The position numbers and the translations under genes are program-made. 64,000 nucleotides of DNA from an uncultured Methanomicrobiaceae archaeon (GTDB lineage Archaea > Halobacteriota > Methanomicrobia > Methanomicrobiales > Methanoculleaceae), in NCBI GenBank assembly GCA_963826525.1, contig CAWGXH010000003.1, forward strand, positions 480,001 to 544,000, written 5' to 3'. Below the pieces are notes generated by a model. The model searched no databases. It was not told the DNA's origin and was given only the letters and a program-made list of their open reading frames with translations. The stretch's first letter is position 1. Each line of letters starts with the position of its first letter. This document shows positions 8,943 to 19,359 of this stretch, piece by piece.

Positions 8943-10370
8943 GTGATCAAATATTTTAAGCGTAACAAGTCCGATGTAAAAAAGAATCTGCCTTTTTTTA
9001 TAGATCTGGCAAAGAAAACCAAAAAAGAAGATTTTTTCTGTGATTCGCTTCTTTATGCAATCTCTGCCAATCCGAATCTCACAAAAGAACAGTTTTTGGA
9101 CATCTTTTCGGGTATTCCACACGGTCAGATCCCGGATTTCTATAGGTACAACTTCTTCAAACACTTAATTAGGTCCTCCCCGGAGAAAGAGAAGCTGGAA
9201 TGGATGTGGGAAATTGCAAAACAAGTGGAACTTTCAAAAAGTACGTATCCTCTACTGACAGTTGGAAGGTATATCTTGCAGCATCTTGACGAAAACGATA
9301 GTCTGCGAATTGATGTCACCGAACGTTTCACACGATTGAAAGGTAAAACCGTTTTCAATGAAACTCAGCAACAGGTATGGCCTGTTGGTGCCAATTTGAC
9401 CCTTGTAGAAACGTTAATGAAATCTGAGCAGGACATGGGTAACTTTGATGAGTATGCCGATATGTACGATAACGCCCGTTTTCGATACGGAGATAGTGAC
9501 TGTGAATGGCTGCTATACATGAATTTAGCAAAAAATCCACATCTTGACGATAAGAGAACGAGCAAGATATTCAATGAAGTAAAAAAAATTCCGGATGAAC
9601 TGGAACGAGCAATCGTCATGCAGGAATTGCTCAGTCAATCACATATTTCCGGGGAATTATTTGATGAAATGTTTGCATACCGGAAAGAGATCAAATTTGT
9701 GACACTCTGGAATAAATTCTATATCGGAGCTGCCAATAATACTACCCACGTTGGACGCGTGTCTAAATTTTTACATAAATACGTGAAGAACCTTATCAGC
9801 GCCGCTAGTGAAAGATATCTGGTTTTTTCCGGCATGGCGCGAAATCCATCCGTACCCCTTGACCAGATCGATAAGTTGATCGCGATTCTGGAAAAACAGG
9901 TGCGAGAAAATTTCTTCCTTAAAAACGGTCTCATGGCTCGCGAGATGTTCCAGGTGTTTTCCGGTTTACTTGCACGAAAAGGTTTGGGACATGAAAGAAT
10001 AGAGAAAATACTCACGATCTTTTTTGACTATCTGGATACACATAACAACTCGCAGAGAAGACATGAAGATGTCCACCAATGGATGAGCAGGAGACTAAAT
10101 TTGTCTGAATTCGAGATGGATGATGAACTATTTTCTTTTTACATACGAAGAGCGCGTGAAAATGTTCATAAATATTTTCTGTTAGCGCAAATACTGCCGA
10201 ATGTGAATCTTACAGAGAGACAATTCGGTGAAGTTGTCAGGATGCTTGATCGTGCTTACTTCAAAAAAGATACTTTTGTAGGAATCGGAACTTCTTCCTA
10301 TCGGTATGCAGAAAGATGTTTATTATATTTCTGGGTTTCAAACAAATACGTTGACAACAAAGTAACATAA
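8943..10370 (+). CDS. AT-rich hypothetical protein with helical (LRV-like) repeats
   Basis: Uninterrupted 475-aa ORF in a markedly AT-rich block. Recurring A.NP.(L/V) units: SANPNLT, AKNPHLD, ARNPSVP, LPNVNLT. Confidence 0.75.
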   Translation: MIKYFKRNKSDVKKNLPFFIDLAKKTKKEDFFCDSLLYAISANPNLTKEQFLDIFSGIPHGQIPDFYRYNFFKHLIRSSPEKEKLEWMWEIAKQVELSKSTYPLLTVGRYILQHLDENDSLRIDVTERFTRLKGKTVFNETQQQVWPVGANLTLVETLMKSEQDMGNFDEYADMYDNARFRYGDSDCEWLLYMNLAKNPHLDDKRTSKIFNEVKKIPDELERAIVMQELLSQSHISGELFDEMFAYRKEIKFVTLWNKFYIGAANNTTHVGRVSKFLHKYVKNLISAASERYLVFSGMARNPSVPLDQIDKLIAILEKQVRENFFLKNGLMAREMFQVFSGLLARKGLGHERIEKILTIFFDYLDTHNNSQRRHEDVHQWMSRRLNLSEFEMDDELFSFYIRRARENVHKYFLLAQILPNVNLTERQFGEVVRMLDRAYFKKDTFVGIGTSSYRYAERCLLYFWVSNKYVDNKVT

Positions 10371-10451
10371 CCGGAAAATCTGGGCTTATCTGCTGGTATG
10401 AAAACCATCCTCGCTTTTCATTCTTATCTATGAGCCAAAGGCTCATAGCGC

Positions 10452-10623
10452 GCTGTGTTGCATAAATATTGAAAACCATTGCTGCTTCCCTCTATTGTCC
10501 ATTCCAGGCCAGTGAGCCCATATTGAATAACTCTGTAAAGAAGCAGGGACTATGCTTCTTTTGGACATTGAGTTGCTATACTTCCTTTTTCACTATCCTC
10601 ATGTAGGAATTATGCAACACGGC
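10452..10623. mobile_element. MITE-like remnant with IS5/IS903-like terminal inverted repeats
   Basis: GCTGTGTTGCATAAAT at 10452-10467 versus reverse-complement GCCGTGTTGCATAATT at 10608-10623 (14 of 16). Non-coding interior; no TSD seen. Confidence 0.55.
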
Positions 10624-10800
10624 ACCTGACGTGAAACGTTCAAATAGCAATAGGAATATCAAATCTCACCAGGGTGTATCCTCAGTCGAGCAGAGGTTGA
10701 AAATGATGATGCAGAGAGCATGGTTTTCCAGGAGGGGCAGATCGATCATGAATATGAATACAGGCTCAATGAAGCGTTCCTGGGCAAGAGCTGAGCATGT

Positions 10801-11685
10801 ATGACGCAATTTGATCCTTTCTTTATTGCCATAGGCACGCTGGGCGTGTTGATATTTGTCATTACCAGCATGCTTGGCATGGGGTTTAGCCTGACCATTC
10901 CCCAGATCGTGACCCCGCTGAAGAACAGAAAGCTGATCATCATGTCCCTTGTAGCAAACTTCGTTCTCGTGCCTATCCTGGCATTAGTGATCGTGGGTTT
11001 CATCCCGATCTCTGAGGGACTGAAGATCGGCCTGATTCTGGGGGGTTTCGCTGCAGGGGCGCCGTTCCTGCCCAAGCTGGTACAGGTGGCCAAAGGCGAC
11101 ATGGCGTTCACCGCCGGGCTGATGGTCCTCTTGATGGTGGTAACTATCGCCTATCTGCCCATAGTTCTGCCATTTGTATTGACTGGCGTGCAGGTTAATC
11201 CCTGGGAGATCGCCAGGAGCCTTATCGTATTGATGCTCATTCCGCTCGCGATTGCCCTTTTCATTCGAGCCAGGTATGAAGAAGCGGCCAAGGGCCTCAT
11301 CCATCTGATGACCATGGCTGCCAACCTGTCTCTGGCGGCAATGTTCATCGGATATTTTGTGGGTTATGCCGATGTAACCTATGGAGTTCTTGGAACCGGC
11401 GGAATTCTGGTGGCCATCCTCCTGGTTGTTGGCGCCGTTATCATAGGCTATCTCCTGGGCGGGACAGATAAGGGCGATAAAAAGGTTCTTGCACTCGGAA
11501 CGGGTCAACGAAATTTAGCCGCCGCGTTTGCCGTTGCCTCCAGCAATTTTGCCACCAATCCAGAAGTCTTGATAGAGGTTATGGACGTGGCAGTGATAGG
11601 ATTTATTATCTTGTTGTTCGTTGCCGGGGAACTTGGCAGGCGCAGTGCACCAGGAGCTGAGAAGAGCGTGAAGGCAGCGACATGA
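10801..11685 (+). CDS. Bile acid:sodium symporter (BASS/SBF) family transporter
   Basis: SML.MG..LT, ANFVLVP, AGAPFLPKL.Q.AKGD and GTGQRNLAAA motifs; about 9 TM. Confidence 0.85.
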   Translation: MTQFDPFFIAIGTLGVLIFVITSMLGMGFSLTIPQIVTPLKNRKLIIMSLVANFVLVPILALVIVGFIPISEGLKIGLILGGFAAGAPFLPKLVQVAKGDMAFTAGLMVLLMVVTIAYLPIVLPFVLTGVQVNPWEIARSLIVLMLIPLAIALFIRARYEEAAKGLIHLMTMAANLSLAAMFIGYFVGYADVTYGVLGTGGILVAILLVVGAVIIGYLLGGTDKGDKKVLALGTGQRNLAAAFAVASSNFATNPEVLIEVMDVAVIGFIILLFVAGELGRRSAPGAEKSVKAAT

Positions 11686-12049
11686 AGGGTATCTGCCCTC
11701 GTTTCGATGGTTATCCGGTCGTTCGAAAGAGACATGGCGGGTTCATTGAGAAGCTATGCGGGTTATATCTCCAAAAACACCCCCACCTATGGTCGTTGTC
11801 ATGGTCACGGCGGTTCGAATTTGCCCCTCGCACCGCTTTTCAGATAGCTATCTCAGAAAATGGCCCCCTATGCCGCTTGTGATGCCACTTCGCCGCCGTT
11901 ATCGTGATGGAACCAAAAAAGAGCCCGAACGCCCGGGTCAACCGTCTCCAGGCCTCGGAAATAAAATTTAAAATCATTCTCTGCACCCCTGAAGAGAATC
12001 CTCACACGCGGTCTATCCCGGATCGTGATGGTGGTCTTCTACGGATCTG

Positions 12050-12185
12050 CTCTTTTACATTACGATATTCTGTATCCGTTACGGGCTCCAGCCATATGGC
12101 ATCTCCTTTCTGGGCATTCGGCGTTATCGAGGGGTGAATCAGCCAGCTATCCGGTGCAGCACCGTGCCAGTGCTTCACGTTTCTC
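12050..12185 (-). pseudogene. 3' fragment of a cupin-domain gene
   Basis: NVKHWHGAAPDSWLIHPSITPNAQKGDAIWLEPVTDTEY is the second cupin motif plus the WLEPVTD tail. The 5' half is absent. Confidence 0.7.
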
Positions 12186-12484
12186 GCATTTCACTTCCGG
12201 GATGTTGCTATTACAAAAATGCCCCCCCCGCATTCGGGCTCAATGTCCTGGTAGCGGGGCTCCTCAGCCTTCTACTGGCGAATACGGCTCCGGCAACTCC
12301 AAGCAGCCCGATACCAAGAATACCGATCAACGCAGCGACTCCGGACTCAATGATATGCAAAAACAGAAGGGCGGCCGCCGCCAATGCGATACACAATCCA
12401 ACAATAAACAGGGATAGCCCGAGTACGGTTTTGTTCATGTGTAAGCTTCTCAAATTCGTTATACGTCTTTTATTATTAAATGGC
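12181..12484. repeat. About 300-bp dispersed repeat (partner 19103-19406)
   Basis: TTCTCGCATTTCACTTCCGGGATGTTGCTATTACAAAAA... is shared almost base for base through the gene and its upstream region. Confidence 0.9.
12211..12438 (-). CDS. Small 2-TM membrane protein, copy 1
   Basis: MNKTVLGLSLFIVGLCIALAAAALLFLHIIESGVAALIGILGIGLLG. Duplicated with its promoter at 19103-19406. Confidence 0.7.
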   Translation of the reverse strand: MNKTVLGLSLFIVGLCIALAAAALLFLHIIESGVAALIGILGIGLLGVAGAVFASRRLRSPATRTLSPNAGGAFL

Positions 12485-12693
12485 CTCCTATGACGAGCCC
12501 CGCATGGCCTCGCCAGTTCCCCGATTAGAAAAGAAAGGGGAGGTATCAGCCAACGAGGCTTGAAAACCTCATGCGTCGATTGCGTGATAGATGGGCGAGC
12601 CCTTCCCGCCGATCACATCCCGGTGGGACCGGTGCTCGATCGCCTGCCGGCCATCGGTACCGAGGGATAAAAGCCGGGACGGGTTTGACGGGA

Positions 12694-12952
12694 TTATCCC
12701 AGGAGTTTCTTCTTCGCGGCCGCGTACTCCTCGTCGGACAGGGCGCCTGACTGGTGCAGCTCGGACAGTTTCTCGATCTGTGCAACGAGGTCCTCCGTGG
12801 GCGGCGGTGCCGCCGGCGGTGCCGCTGGAGCCGCCACTGGCGCAGCAGGCGCAGGCCTGCTGACTGTATGCCTCTGGTTGTGCCGTCTGTTCCTCCGCCC
12901 GCCGCTGCCCCATCCTATACCCTGCAGCGAGCGCCAACCCTCTTCCTCTCAT
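12694..12952 (-). CDS. SHOCT domain protein (frameshift near 12855)
   Basis: MRGRGLALAAGYRMGQRRAEEQ joins a Pro/Ala linker and EDLVAQIEKLSELHQSGALSDEEYAAAKKKLLG*. Confidence 0.85.
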
Positions 12953-12954
12953 CC

Positions 12955-13407
12955 TCAGGCCCCCGGTGCTGCTATCATTGATACTTTGACTTTCTCAATC
13001 GTCTCCGGCGGAATCCTTCCCATCTCGACCAGTTCGGCATCCGCGCCCATCAGCGCCTCCTTGAACCGGATGGCCCAGAGGTTCTCGATGAGCAGGAGCA
13101 GGCCCGAGCTGTTCTTTGGGAGATTCTCCGTGAAGGCCTCGATATCGCCCTCGGTGAACCATTCGTCCGTGCGACGGGCCACCTCGCGGTAGGCGGCGCC
13201 CGCCTCTCCTTTCAGATCCTCGGCCTCGACATTCACCAGCTTCCCCGTCTCGTCCTTCATGACGAAGACGAGGTCCATCACGCGAATGATACCGTTCTGT
13301 TCCAGGCGGGCGAGCTCCGGTGCAATCTTCCCGGTGAATTTGTTCCCGGGAAACTTCACGATCAGGAAGTCCACGGGACCCATGACTCTGCCAACACTTT
13401 CTGCCAT
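12955..13407 (-). CDS. DUF6325 (DUF1269-related) family protein
   Basis: GPVDFLIVKFPGNKFTGKIAPEL, IRVMDLVFVMKDETG and LLLIENLWA...GRIP motifs. Adjacent to the SHOCT gene. Confidence 0.8.
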   Translation of the reverse strand: MAESVGRVMGPVDFLIVKFPGNKFTGKIAPELARLEQNGIIRVMDLVFVMKDETGKLVNVEAEDLKGEAGAAYREVARRTDEWFTEGDIEAFTENLPKNSSGLLLLIENLWAIRFKEALMGADAELVEMGRIPPETIEKVKVSMIAAPGA

Positions 13408-13557
13408 ACTCATCACCTTTGTCGGGGTATGGAGGACACCATCCTCATGGAGATATATAAAGGCTTGGAACTCACGTTCCGATCGCCGGATGGATGTATC
13501 CTGACCCGGAAGGTATGACGGCCAAAGCCTCAAAGGTGCTCATGCCTCCGGCTGGCG

Positions 13558-13655
13558 GAGGATGCCCGATCGGCGCGAGTGCGATGGAAGGTCGCTGCTT
13601 TTGACCTCCGGAGAGGCGTCTCGATGGGACGGTCCCTTTTTCGCTAAGTCCCGGC
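13558..13655 (-). pseudogene. Fragment of an ABC ATPase gene (signature motif only)
   Basis: GLSEKG....RRLSGGQKQRPSIALAPIGHP; no Walker A or Walker B. Confidence 0.6.
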
Positions 13656-13753
13656 CGACCCCAGAGGGTCCGGATAGAGCGACGCCAGGAGATCAAGCGC
13701 AGCTGTGCCGAGACGACCACAAACTAAATGCAATCCTAAAATTAAGATGACAT

Positions 13754-14506
13754 ATGGAAACCAATCCAATTTTTAAGATTTTTGAATCGTTTCCCAGGCA
13801 GGGGGCGGGGGATGATGAGCACACGGGAAAGGCATTTTCACTCATCGCAGAACCACCAAAAGGAGGTGGTGAGATCCTTGATGTTGGTTGCGGGAAGGGT
13901 GTACAGACGATGGCCCTTGCCCGCCTGTGCCCGTCCTGCAGGATAATAGCGACAGATATACACCAGCCTTTCCTCGATGCGGTGGATGAAAAAATTGCAG
14001 CCGAAGGTTTTTCCGGGAGAATCAAAACGGTCTGTGCATCTATGGACGATCTTCCCTTTGGAGAGGAGTCTTTCGACATTATATGGGCTGAAGGATGTTC
14101 ATCCATCATAGGCATCGAAAATGCCGTCAGGTACTGGAAAAAACTCCTGAAACAGGGGGGATACATGATGATCTCGGATATATTCTGGTTTACGGAGACC
14201 CCCTCTGATGAGGCACGGGAATTCTTCGCCGAATTCCATCCCGCAATGATGATCGAAGATAAAGGATTTGAGATCATCCGGAATGCCGGGCTTGAGCTGG
14301 TTGGATCCTTCAGGCTTCCTTCACGAGTATGGGAAGAAAGTTTCTACGGTAGATTGAGGGAGAAGTTTGGAGAACTCGAAGAGGAATATGCAGATGATGA
14401 GGGCGCTCTGATGGTCATTGAGGGGTTGAAAAGGCAGACCAAAATCTTTGAGAAATACTCGGATGAGTTTGGGAATACATATTATGTAATGAGAAAACCA
14501 TTGTGA
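13754..14506 (+). CDS. Class I SAM-dependent methyltransferase
   Basis: PRQGAG, ILDVGCGKG and SMDDLPFGEESFDIIWAEG motifs. Confidence 0.9.
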   Translation: METNPIFKIFESFPRQGAGDDEHTGKAFSLIAEPPKGGGEILDVGCGKGVQTMALARLCPSCRIIATDIHQPFLDAVDEKIAAEGFSGRIKTVCASMDDLPFGEESFDIIWAEGCSSIIGIENAVRYWKKLLKQGGYMMISDIFWFTETPSDEAREFFAEFHPAMMIEDKGFEIIRNAGLELVGSFRLPSRVWEESFYGRLREKFGELEEEYADDEGALMVIEGLKRQTKIFEKYSDEFGNTYYVMRKPL

Positions 14507-14639
14507 AGAATAGTAGATGAAAGCACTTCTCATTTTTCACGTTTAATAAACATAGAATACGTCAATATTTTCAATTCTTCTAAATCCGGCCTTTATTCAA
14601 TGATTTTCCAGGCCATTACGATATGATTCTTGGGCTCCG

Positions 14640-14890
14640 GTCGGGATGGCCGCGATGAGCCAGTCGGTTCACTCGATCACCGGGCTTGTGGAGCAGGTAC
14701 CCTGTGAGACGTCCTCCCGCTACCATCTCAAGAAACTGGATATGGGCGAGTTGGAACGGAAGAGCGCTGCTATCCTCGCTCACTTCGTGCATCACGTCCT
14801 GAAACCCGGGACCGCGTATCAGTTCGCGATCGACTCCACCGACGATCCCTGCTACGGGGCGGCCACCGGCGAGAACGAACCCTTTTATAT
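14640..14890 (+). mobile_element. ISH3-family transposase internal remnant
   Basis: SVHSI...VPCETSSRYHLKKLDM...LKPGTAYQFAIDSTDDPCYG resembles the N-terminal half of methanogen ISH3 (IS4-like) transposases. Truncated on both sides. Confidence 0.7.
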
Positions 14891-14913
14891 ACTTCGATGC
14901 GGGAAGGAAGAGC

Positions 14914-15546
14914 ATGGTAGTACCGGTCGATGCAATACGGTCGATCCACAATGCATTCAGGAAGGACATGGCGCAGATCGACGCCGCAGCCGTGGATCTG
15001 GCTCGAGGAGATTCAAGTGCTTCAGTCATCCTCGAACGGTTCCGGTTTCTTAACGAAGCGCTCGATTGGCATGCCAAAGGGGAGGAGGCCGGGGTCTTTC
15101 CTGCACTTGAGAAGGTCGCACCCGATGTCGCCTGGCCGTATGAACGGGATCACCGCGGTCTGGATGAAGCGTATGGCACCCTGAACCGGGCGTATACCGA
15201 TATGGACCGCCTGCAGATCGCCCGCGCCAGCGCCGCTCTCCGTTTCCACCTCAAAATCCATCTGGCGAAAGAAGATGCCCATCTCTACCGTATTTTCGAG
15301 GAGCGAATCCCTATCCCGGAACAGAAGAAGGCGCTGGGGATCATGGCGGCCAGCGTCCCGCAGGAACGGTTCCTTGAACTGGCGGAGTGGTGGATTTCCA
15401 TGGTCGGGCAGGGGGATCGAGAGAATATTATCCGGATCTGGCAGATGGTGCTGCCTCCTCCCGCCTTTGCCGAAGTACGGGAAGTCATTCAAAAGGTCAC
15501 CGGCAGCGATTGGATTGAACTTACGCGGCGGATACCGGGTCTCTGA
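14914..15546 (+). CDS. Hemerythrin (HHE cation-binding) domain protein
   Basis: H.AFRKD, WHAKGEE...FPAL, DHRGL and HLAKEDAHL motifs. TTTTATATA box at 14883-14891. Confidence 0.85.
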   Translation: MVVPVDAIRSIHNAFRKDMAQIDAAAVDLARGDSSASVILERFRFLNEALDWHAKGEEAGVFPALEKVAPDVAWPYERDHRGLDEAYGTLNRAYTDMDRLQIARASAALRFHLKIHLAKEDAHLYRIFEERIPIPEQKKALGIMAASVPQERFLELAEWWISMVGQGDRENIIRIWQMVLPPPAFAEVREVIQKVTGSDWIELTRRIPGL

Positions 15547-15551
15547 CCCTG

Positions 15552-15620
15552 GCCGGGTCGAAGGCGCCGGGGTAAGGGTGTCTCGCTGGAGTTCGCCGGC
15601 TTGGGCCCGTCTTCTCGCAT
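15552..15620. repeat. About 68-bp dispersed repeat (partner 19045-19111)
   Basis: GCCGGGTCGAAGGCG...GGAGTTCGCCGG...CCGTCTTCTCGCAT versus GCCAGGTCGAAGGCG...GGAGTTCACCGG...CCGTCTTCTCGCAT. Confidence 0.75.
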
Positions 15621-15864
15621 GTTCGTATTGGGTAATAGGTATCTCGAAAAATGCCTCCCTTATGGCGGCTGTGATATCACCTATTCCTGATATCCCTGCG
15701 TCATCTGCACGCTCGTACTATTCAGGTTACCGCAGTGCGGGGACGTGATGCCTACGGACCAATTACCCATCCCGTTGCCCAAAAGCTATTTCAATCCGGG
15801 AGGGAACAACGGGGGTCGATTCCTCGATACAAAAATTGTGGGAAGGGATGAAAGAGGGGTGTAA

Positions 15865-16476
15865 ATGGAGAAACCATTGTATCGAATCGGTTTCTGGTCG
15901 GCGTCTGTAGCATCTGTTGCAGTATTAGGATTCGATATCGCTCAAATTCTGCAGATTATAGGCACGCTTGGGCATCCATGGGATGAGATTCTGATCTACG
16001 GATTTTCCCTTTTTATTGCAACGCCATTTATGCTCTCTTTGCTTGCACTGCACTACATCACACCGGAAGTGAAGAGATTTTGGAGCCATGCGGCGGTTCT
16101 CTTTGCCCTGGCGTATGCCATATATGTCAGTTTTAATTACGTTGTTCAACTGACGGCTGTCATTCCGTATGCCGCCCCCGAACCGGTTCTTGTACAGACA
16201 CCGCACTCCCTCTTCTGGACTGCCGATGCATTGGGATACATCGCATTGGGTTTTGCTACGTTATTTGCGGTCCCGATATTCGCGAAACAGGGGCTACAGA
16301 AGTGGGTCCGGTGGTTTTTCCTGGCCAATGCCCTGATCACGCCGTTGATTGCCTTCGTCTATTTTTATCCGAATTTTTCCACGGCATTGCTGCTGCTGGG
16401 TTCGCCGTGGATCGTGACCACGACAGGCTCGATAGTAGTATTAGCGCTCTTTTTTCGGAGCGGAGCGGAACTATGA
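15865..16476 (+). CDS. Hypothetical integral membrane protein (about 6 TM)
   Basis: GAGGGG RBS; intact hydrophobic ORF with NYVVQL and DALGY motifs. Confidence 0.75.
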   Translation: MEKPLYRIGFWSASVASVAVLGFDIAQILQIIGTLGHPWDEILIYGFSLFIATPFMLSLLALHYITPEVKRFWSHAAVLFALAYAIYVSFNYVVQLTAVIPYAAPEPVLVQTPHSLFWTADALGYIALGFATLFAVPIFAKQGLQKWVRWFFLANALITPLIAFVYFYPNFSTALLLLGSPWIVTTTGSIVVLALFFRSGAEL

Positions 16477-16656
16477 AGCAAGAATATAGATTTCAAAAAT
16501 GTCCCTGAAAGCGTGTTATGACGGTTCGTGACCGGACACTATGCGGACGATTGGGATCTGGAACCAACGGCATGACGAGCCGGATGTCCAGAAAACCATG
16601 GTCGGAAATTCTCATCTCCGAGCAGAAGCGAAGGTAAGATTGTATGGCCATTGAAT

Positions 16657-16770
16657 CTAATAGACGCAAGGAATGAGCTTCTTGATCTTGCGAGCATACT
16701 CTTCGCATTCTTGCCCGAACTTGGCGGACAGAACCTTCTCTTCAACTCTGATCCTGTGAAGCGGCCCGTA
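16657..16770 (-). pseudogene. 3' fragment of an isoprenylcysteine carboxyl methyltransferase-family gene
   Basis: HRIRVEEKVLSAKFGQECEEYARKIKKLIPCVY* matches the R..EE..L..FG.EY..Y....LIP tail of the family. Confidence 0.7.
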
Positions 16771-16786
16771 TGCAGCAGACGTGTGT

Positions 16787-17898
16787 TCACCAGTACATCT
16801 TCAATAACGGGATTTTGCGGAAGACAAAGTGTGTCGCTGCAAAGCATAACGGAACGCAGATGACGCAGAGCATGAGCCATGTAGCAACCGGGTACAACAC
16901 GACCGGGCTGAGCAGTAGAGCGACTGCGACGATGATCGGAGGATGGAACATATAGACTGCAAACGAATTGTCCGACAGTTTTTTGACCAACGTACCCTGG
17001 CGGTTGAATTTCTCCCTGAAGACGGCGATCAGTCCGATGCTCATGGCAACCGCTACAAAAGATTCCCATACCGAAAATCCTGCGCTCTGCCAGGTCAGCC
17101 CTCCCTGCAGGGCGGCCACATCTCCACTTACCGTGGCTGCTATCACCAGCGCCAGCCATGCGAGGAAGCCCAGAGCGATACCGCTGATAAGCCACCTTTT
17201 TCCGGTTCGATAGCTGATCCCGGCGAACAGGTTGTTTCTGTACGCCAGGATACCCACGACGAAAAGGGCGATGTACAAAGCGAAGTAGCAGAGCTGCATG
17301 TTCAGGACGCTTGTCCCGATCGGCTGGACGATCCGGATCAGAAAGGCGGAGACGGCGATGATCAGGATAAGGATGACTGCCCTGGCAAACGAGGGCTCAA
17401 GCTGCTTTTGGTCAGGTGCAGGAGCGGACCTGCGGGGAATCAGACGCACCAGCCCGTACATCAGCGAAAAGCCAAAGAGCGCCACCGCGAACCACATCAC
17501 CCCGGTGCTCGAGAGAAAGCCGATAATGTCAAAGCCGGTCCACGGATTGCCGAGTTCTACGTATTCGATGAACGGCGTTATTGCTACCATATAGATCAGC
17601 GTAGGGATGATCAGGCGCCGGAACCTCTCTTTGCCGAACCGGCCGAAGCCTTTCCGGTCGTACTCCCTGCGGCAAAATAGCCGGCGATCAGAAACAAGAG
17701 CCCCAGGAAGTATGCCTGTTGAAACGATAGGTAGAATGCAAACCAAATGGTGGATAGCGTGTCCAGTTGCGTGTTTGCAATATGGTACCAACTGCCAAAG
17801 CCGCTGTATGTCACTGCCAGGTGATGCATGACGACAAACGCGATTACCGTCAGTCTCAGATTGTCGATGTAATGGAGCCTTTCCTTGACGTTCCCCAC
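16787..17898 (-). CDS. Acyltransferase family 3 (OpgC/MdoC-like), frameshift near 17670
   Basis: RLHYIDNLR...HHLAVTY, FLIAGYF, RFRRLIIP, GVMWF and SFAVYMFHPP motifs. Confidence 0.85.
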
Positions 17899-17932
17899 TT
17901 CATTTCGGATTGAGACGGCTGTCAATCGAGAC

Positions 17933-18129
17933 TCACTTCCACTTCGTGAGTATCTCTTCTCGTCGGAACATAAATGTACTCAAGAAGAATAGAGCCGCAC
18001 CGGCGATCACGAGAATGAGCGAAATGATCGGAAGGGTATTGATGTCGAATATTATAACTCCTGTCGCTCCTGCAACGAAGACGGCCCTAAACGGGATAAA
18101 CACGAGCTCTCCCTCACGTGCCTGTTCAT
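17933..18129 (-). CDS. Small 2-TM membrane protein (frameshifted)
   Basis: ATG 18129 joins VFVAGATGVIIFDINTLPIISLILVIAGAALFFLSTFMFRREEILTKWK*; AT-rich promoter upstream. Confidence 0.45.
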
Positions 18130-18409
18130 AGTGAACGGTTTATTTATTCACCTAATTATATTACTGTAATTAAATAATATTGCATCCGATACGAGAATTA
18201 TAGTTATCAGGCGTGCAGGGTGTTTACCGGAATAATTGCAGTTCCTGCAGGGAATCTCCGGGGCTGTCACGCTGTTTCCGGGATCTACTGCCTCCCGGGA
18301 GAGATCTGTGATGCACTTCTCCGGCACTCATGTACCGGCGGATGACCGTTCGTTCCTGTTTGCGAGCAGTTTGCAGTGCAGGAGGTGGAGATGCGCGGTC
18401 CATTCAATC

Positions 18410-18490
18410 CCTTCAGCATTCTTCTTCAGATAACGGAGCGTCCCATTCGAGAACCCCGTTTTTTCATTCCGTGTACGACATATTCAGGAG
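18410..18490 (-). pseudogene. cas1: Remnant of casposase C-terminal HTH, copy 2
   Basis: LLNMSYTE*KK.GFSNGTLRYLKKNAEG after indel correction. Homologous to 7460-7546. Confidence 0.6.
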
Positions 18491-18530
18491 GAAAGGATTT
18501 TCTTTACCGGCAAACATTACGGAATACATC

Positions 18531-18944
18531 ATGCACCAGGTAATCTACTACTCGAGGGGTGGCAACACCAAAAAGGTGGCGGACGCGATCGCGGGGGAAC
18601 TGAGCGTAACAGCGGTAGACGTTCAGGCCGCTTCTCTTGAGGCGGGCGACGGCGTCGTGTTCCTCGGCTCCGGCTGCTACGGCGGCAGGCCCGGGGAACA
18701 CATGCTGAAATTTATCGAGGCGGGCGACTTCCGGGCTAGAAGGGTCGCCCTGTTCGGGACGTCCGGGGGAGGCGCGGGCAACGAAGTAAAGGGCATGGAG
18801 GCGGCCGTGAAAGAGAAGGGTGCCGAGGTGCTGGGGAGCTACTTCTGCAAAGGTCAAACCGCCCTGCTCGTCAACCGCGGCCACCCGGATTCCGCCGACC
18901 TCGAGGCTGCCAGGACGTTCGCCAGGGAGATGGCCGGCCTGTAG
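18531..18944 (+). CDS. Flavodoxin family protein, copy 2 (intact)
   Basis: MHQVIYYSRGGNTKKVADAIAGEL...FLGSGCYGG...VALFGTSGGG. Confidence 0.9.
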   Translation: MHQVIYYSRGGNTKKVADAIAGELSVTAVDVQAASLEAGDGVVFLGSGCYGGRPGEHMLKFIEAGDFRARRVALFGTSGGGAGNEVKGMEAAVKEKGAEVLGSYFCKGQTALLVNRGHPDSADLEAARTFAREMAGL

Positions 18945-19131
18945 GTGCCGTCGATAAGGCCGACTGATCATCGTTCGGATCGCTTGGGCCAGCCCTACCT
19001 GCGCTGCCCTCGGCGGCCCCGATACTGATGATCGGTTCGTCGTAGCCAGGTCGAAGGCGACAGGAAAGGCGTTTCGCGGGAGTTCACCGGTTTAAATCCG
19101 TCTTCTCGCATTTCACTTCCGGGATGTTGCT

Positions 19132-19359
19132 ATTACAAAAAATGCCCCCCGCATTCGGGCTCAGTGTCCTGGTAGCGGGGCTCCTCAGTTCCTACTGGCA
19201 AATACGGCTCCGGCAGTCTCCAATCAGCCCGATACCCAGGATACCGATCATCGCGGCGACTCCGGACTCAATGATATGTAAAAACAGAAGGGCAGCCGCC
19301 GCCAATGCGATACACAACCCAACAATAAACAGGAATAGTCCAAGTACAGTTTTGTTCAT
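19132..19359 (-). CDS. Small 2-TM membrane protein, copy 2 (3' indels)
   Basis: MNKTVLGLFLFIVGLCIALAAAALLFLHIIESGVAAMIGILGIGLIG, a paralogue of 12211-12438. Confidence 0.6.

Noticed and set aside
15629-15769. Possible third MITE (TGGGTAATAGGT ... ACCAATTACCCA, about 140 bp)
   Set aside because: Only 11 of 12 bp match, with no extension and no TSD. Too weak without further copies.
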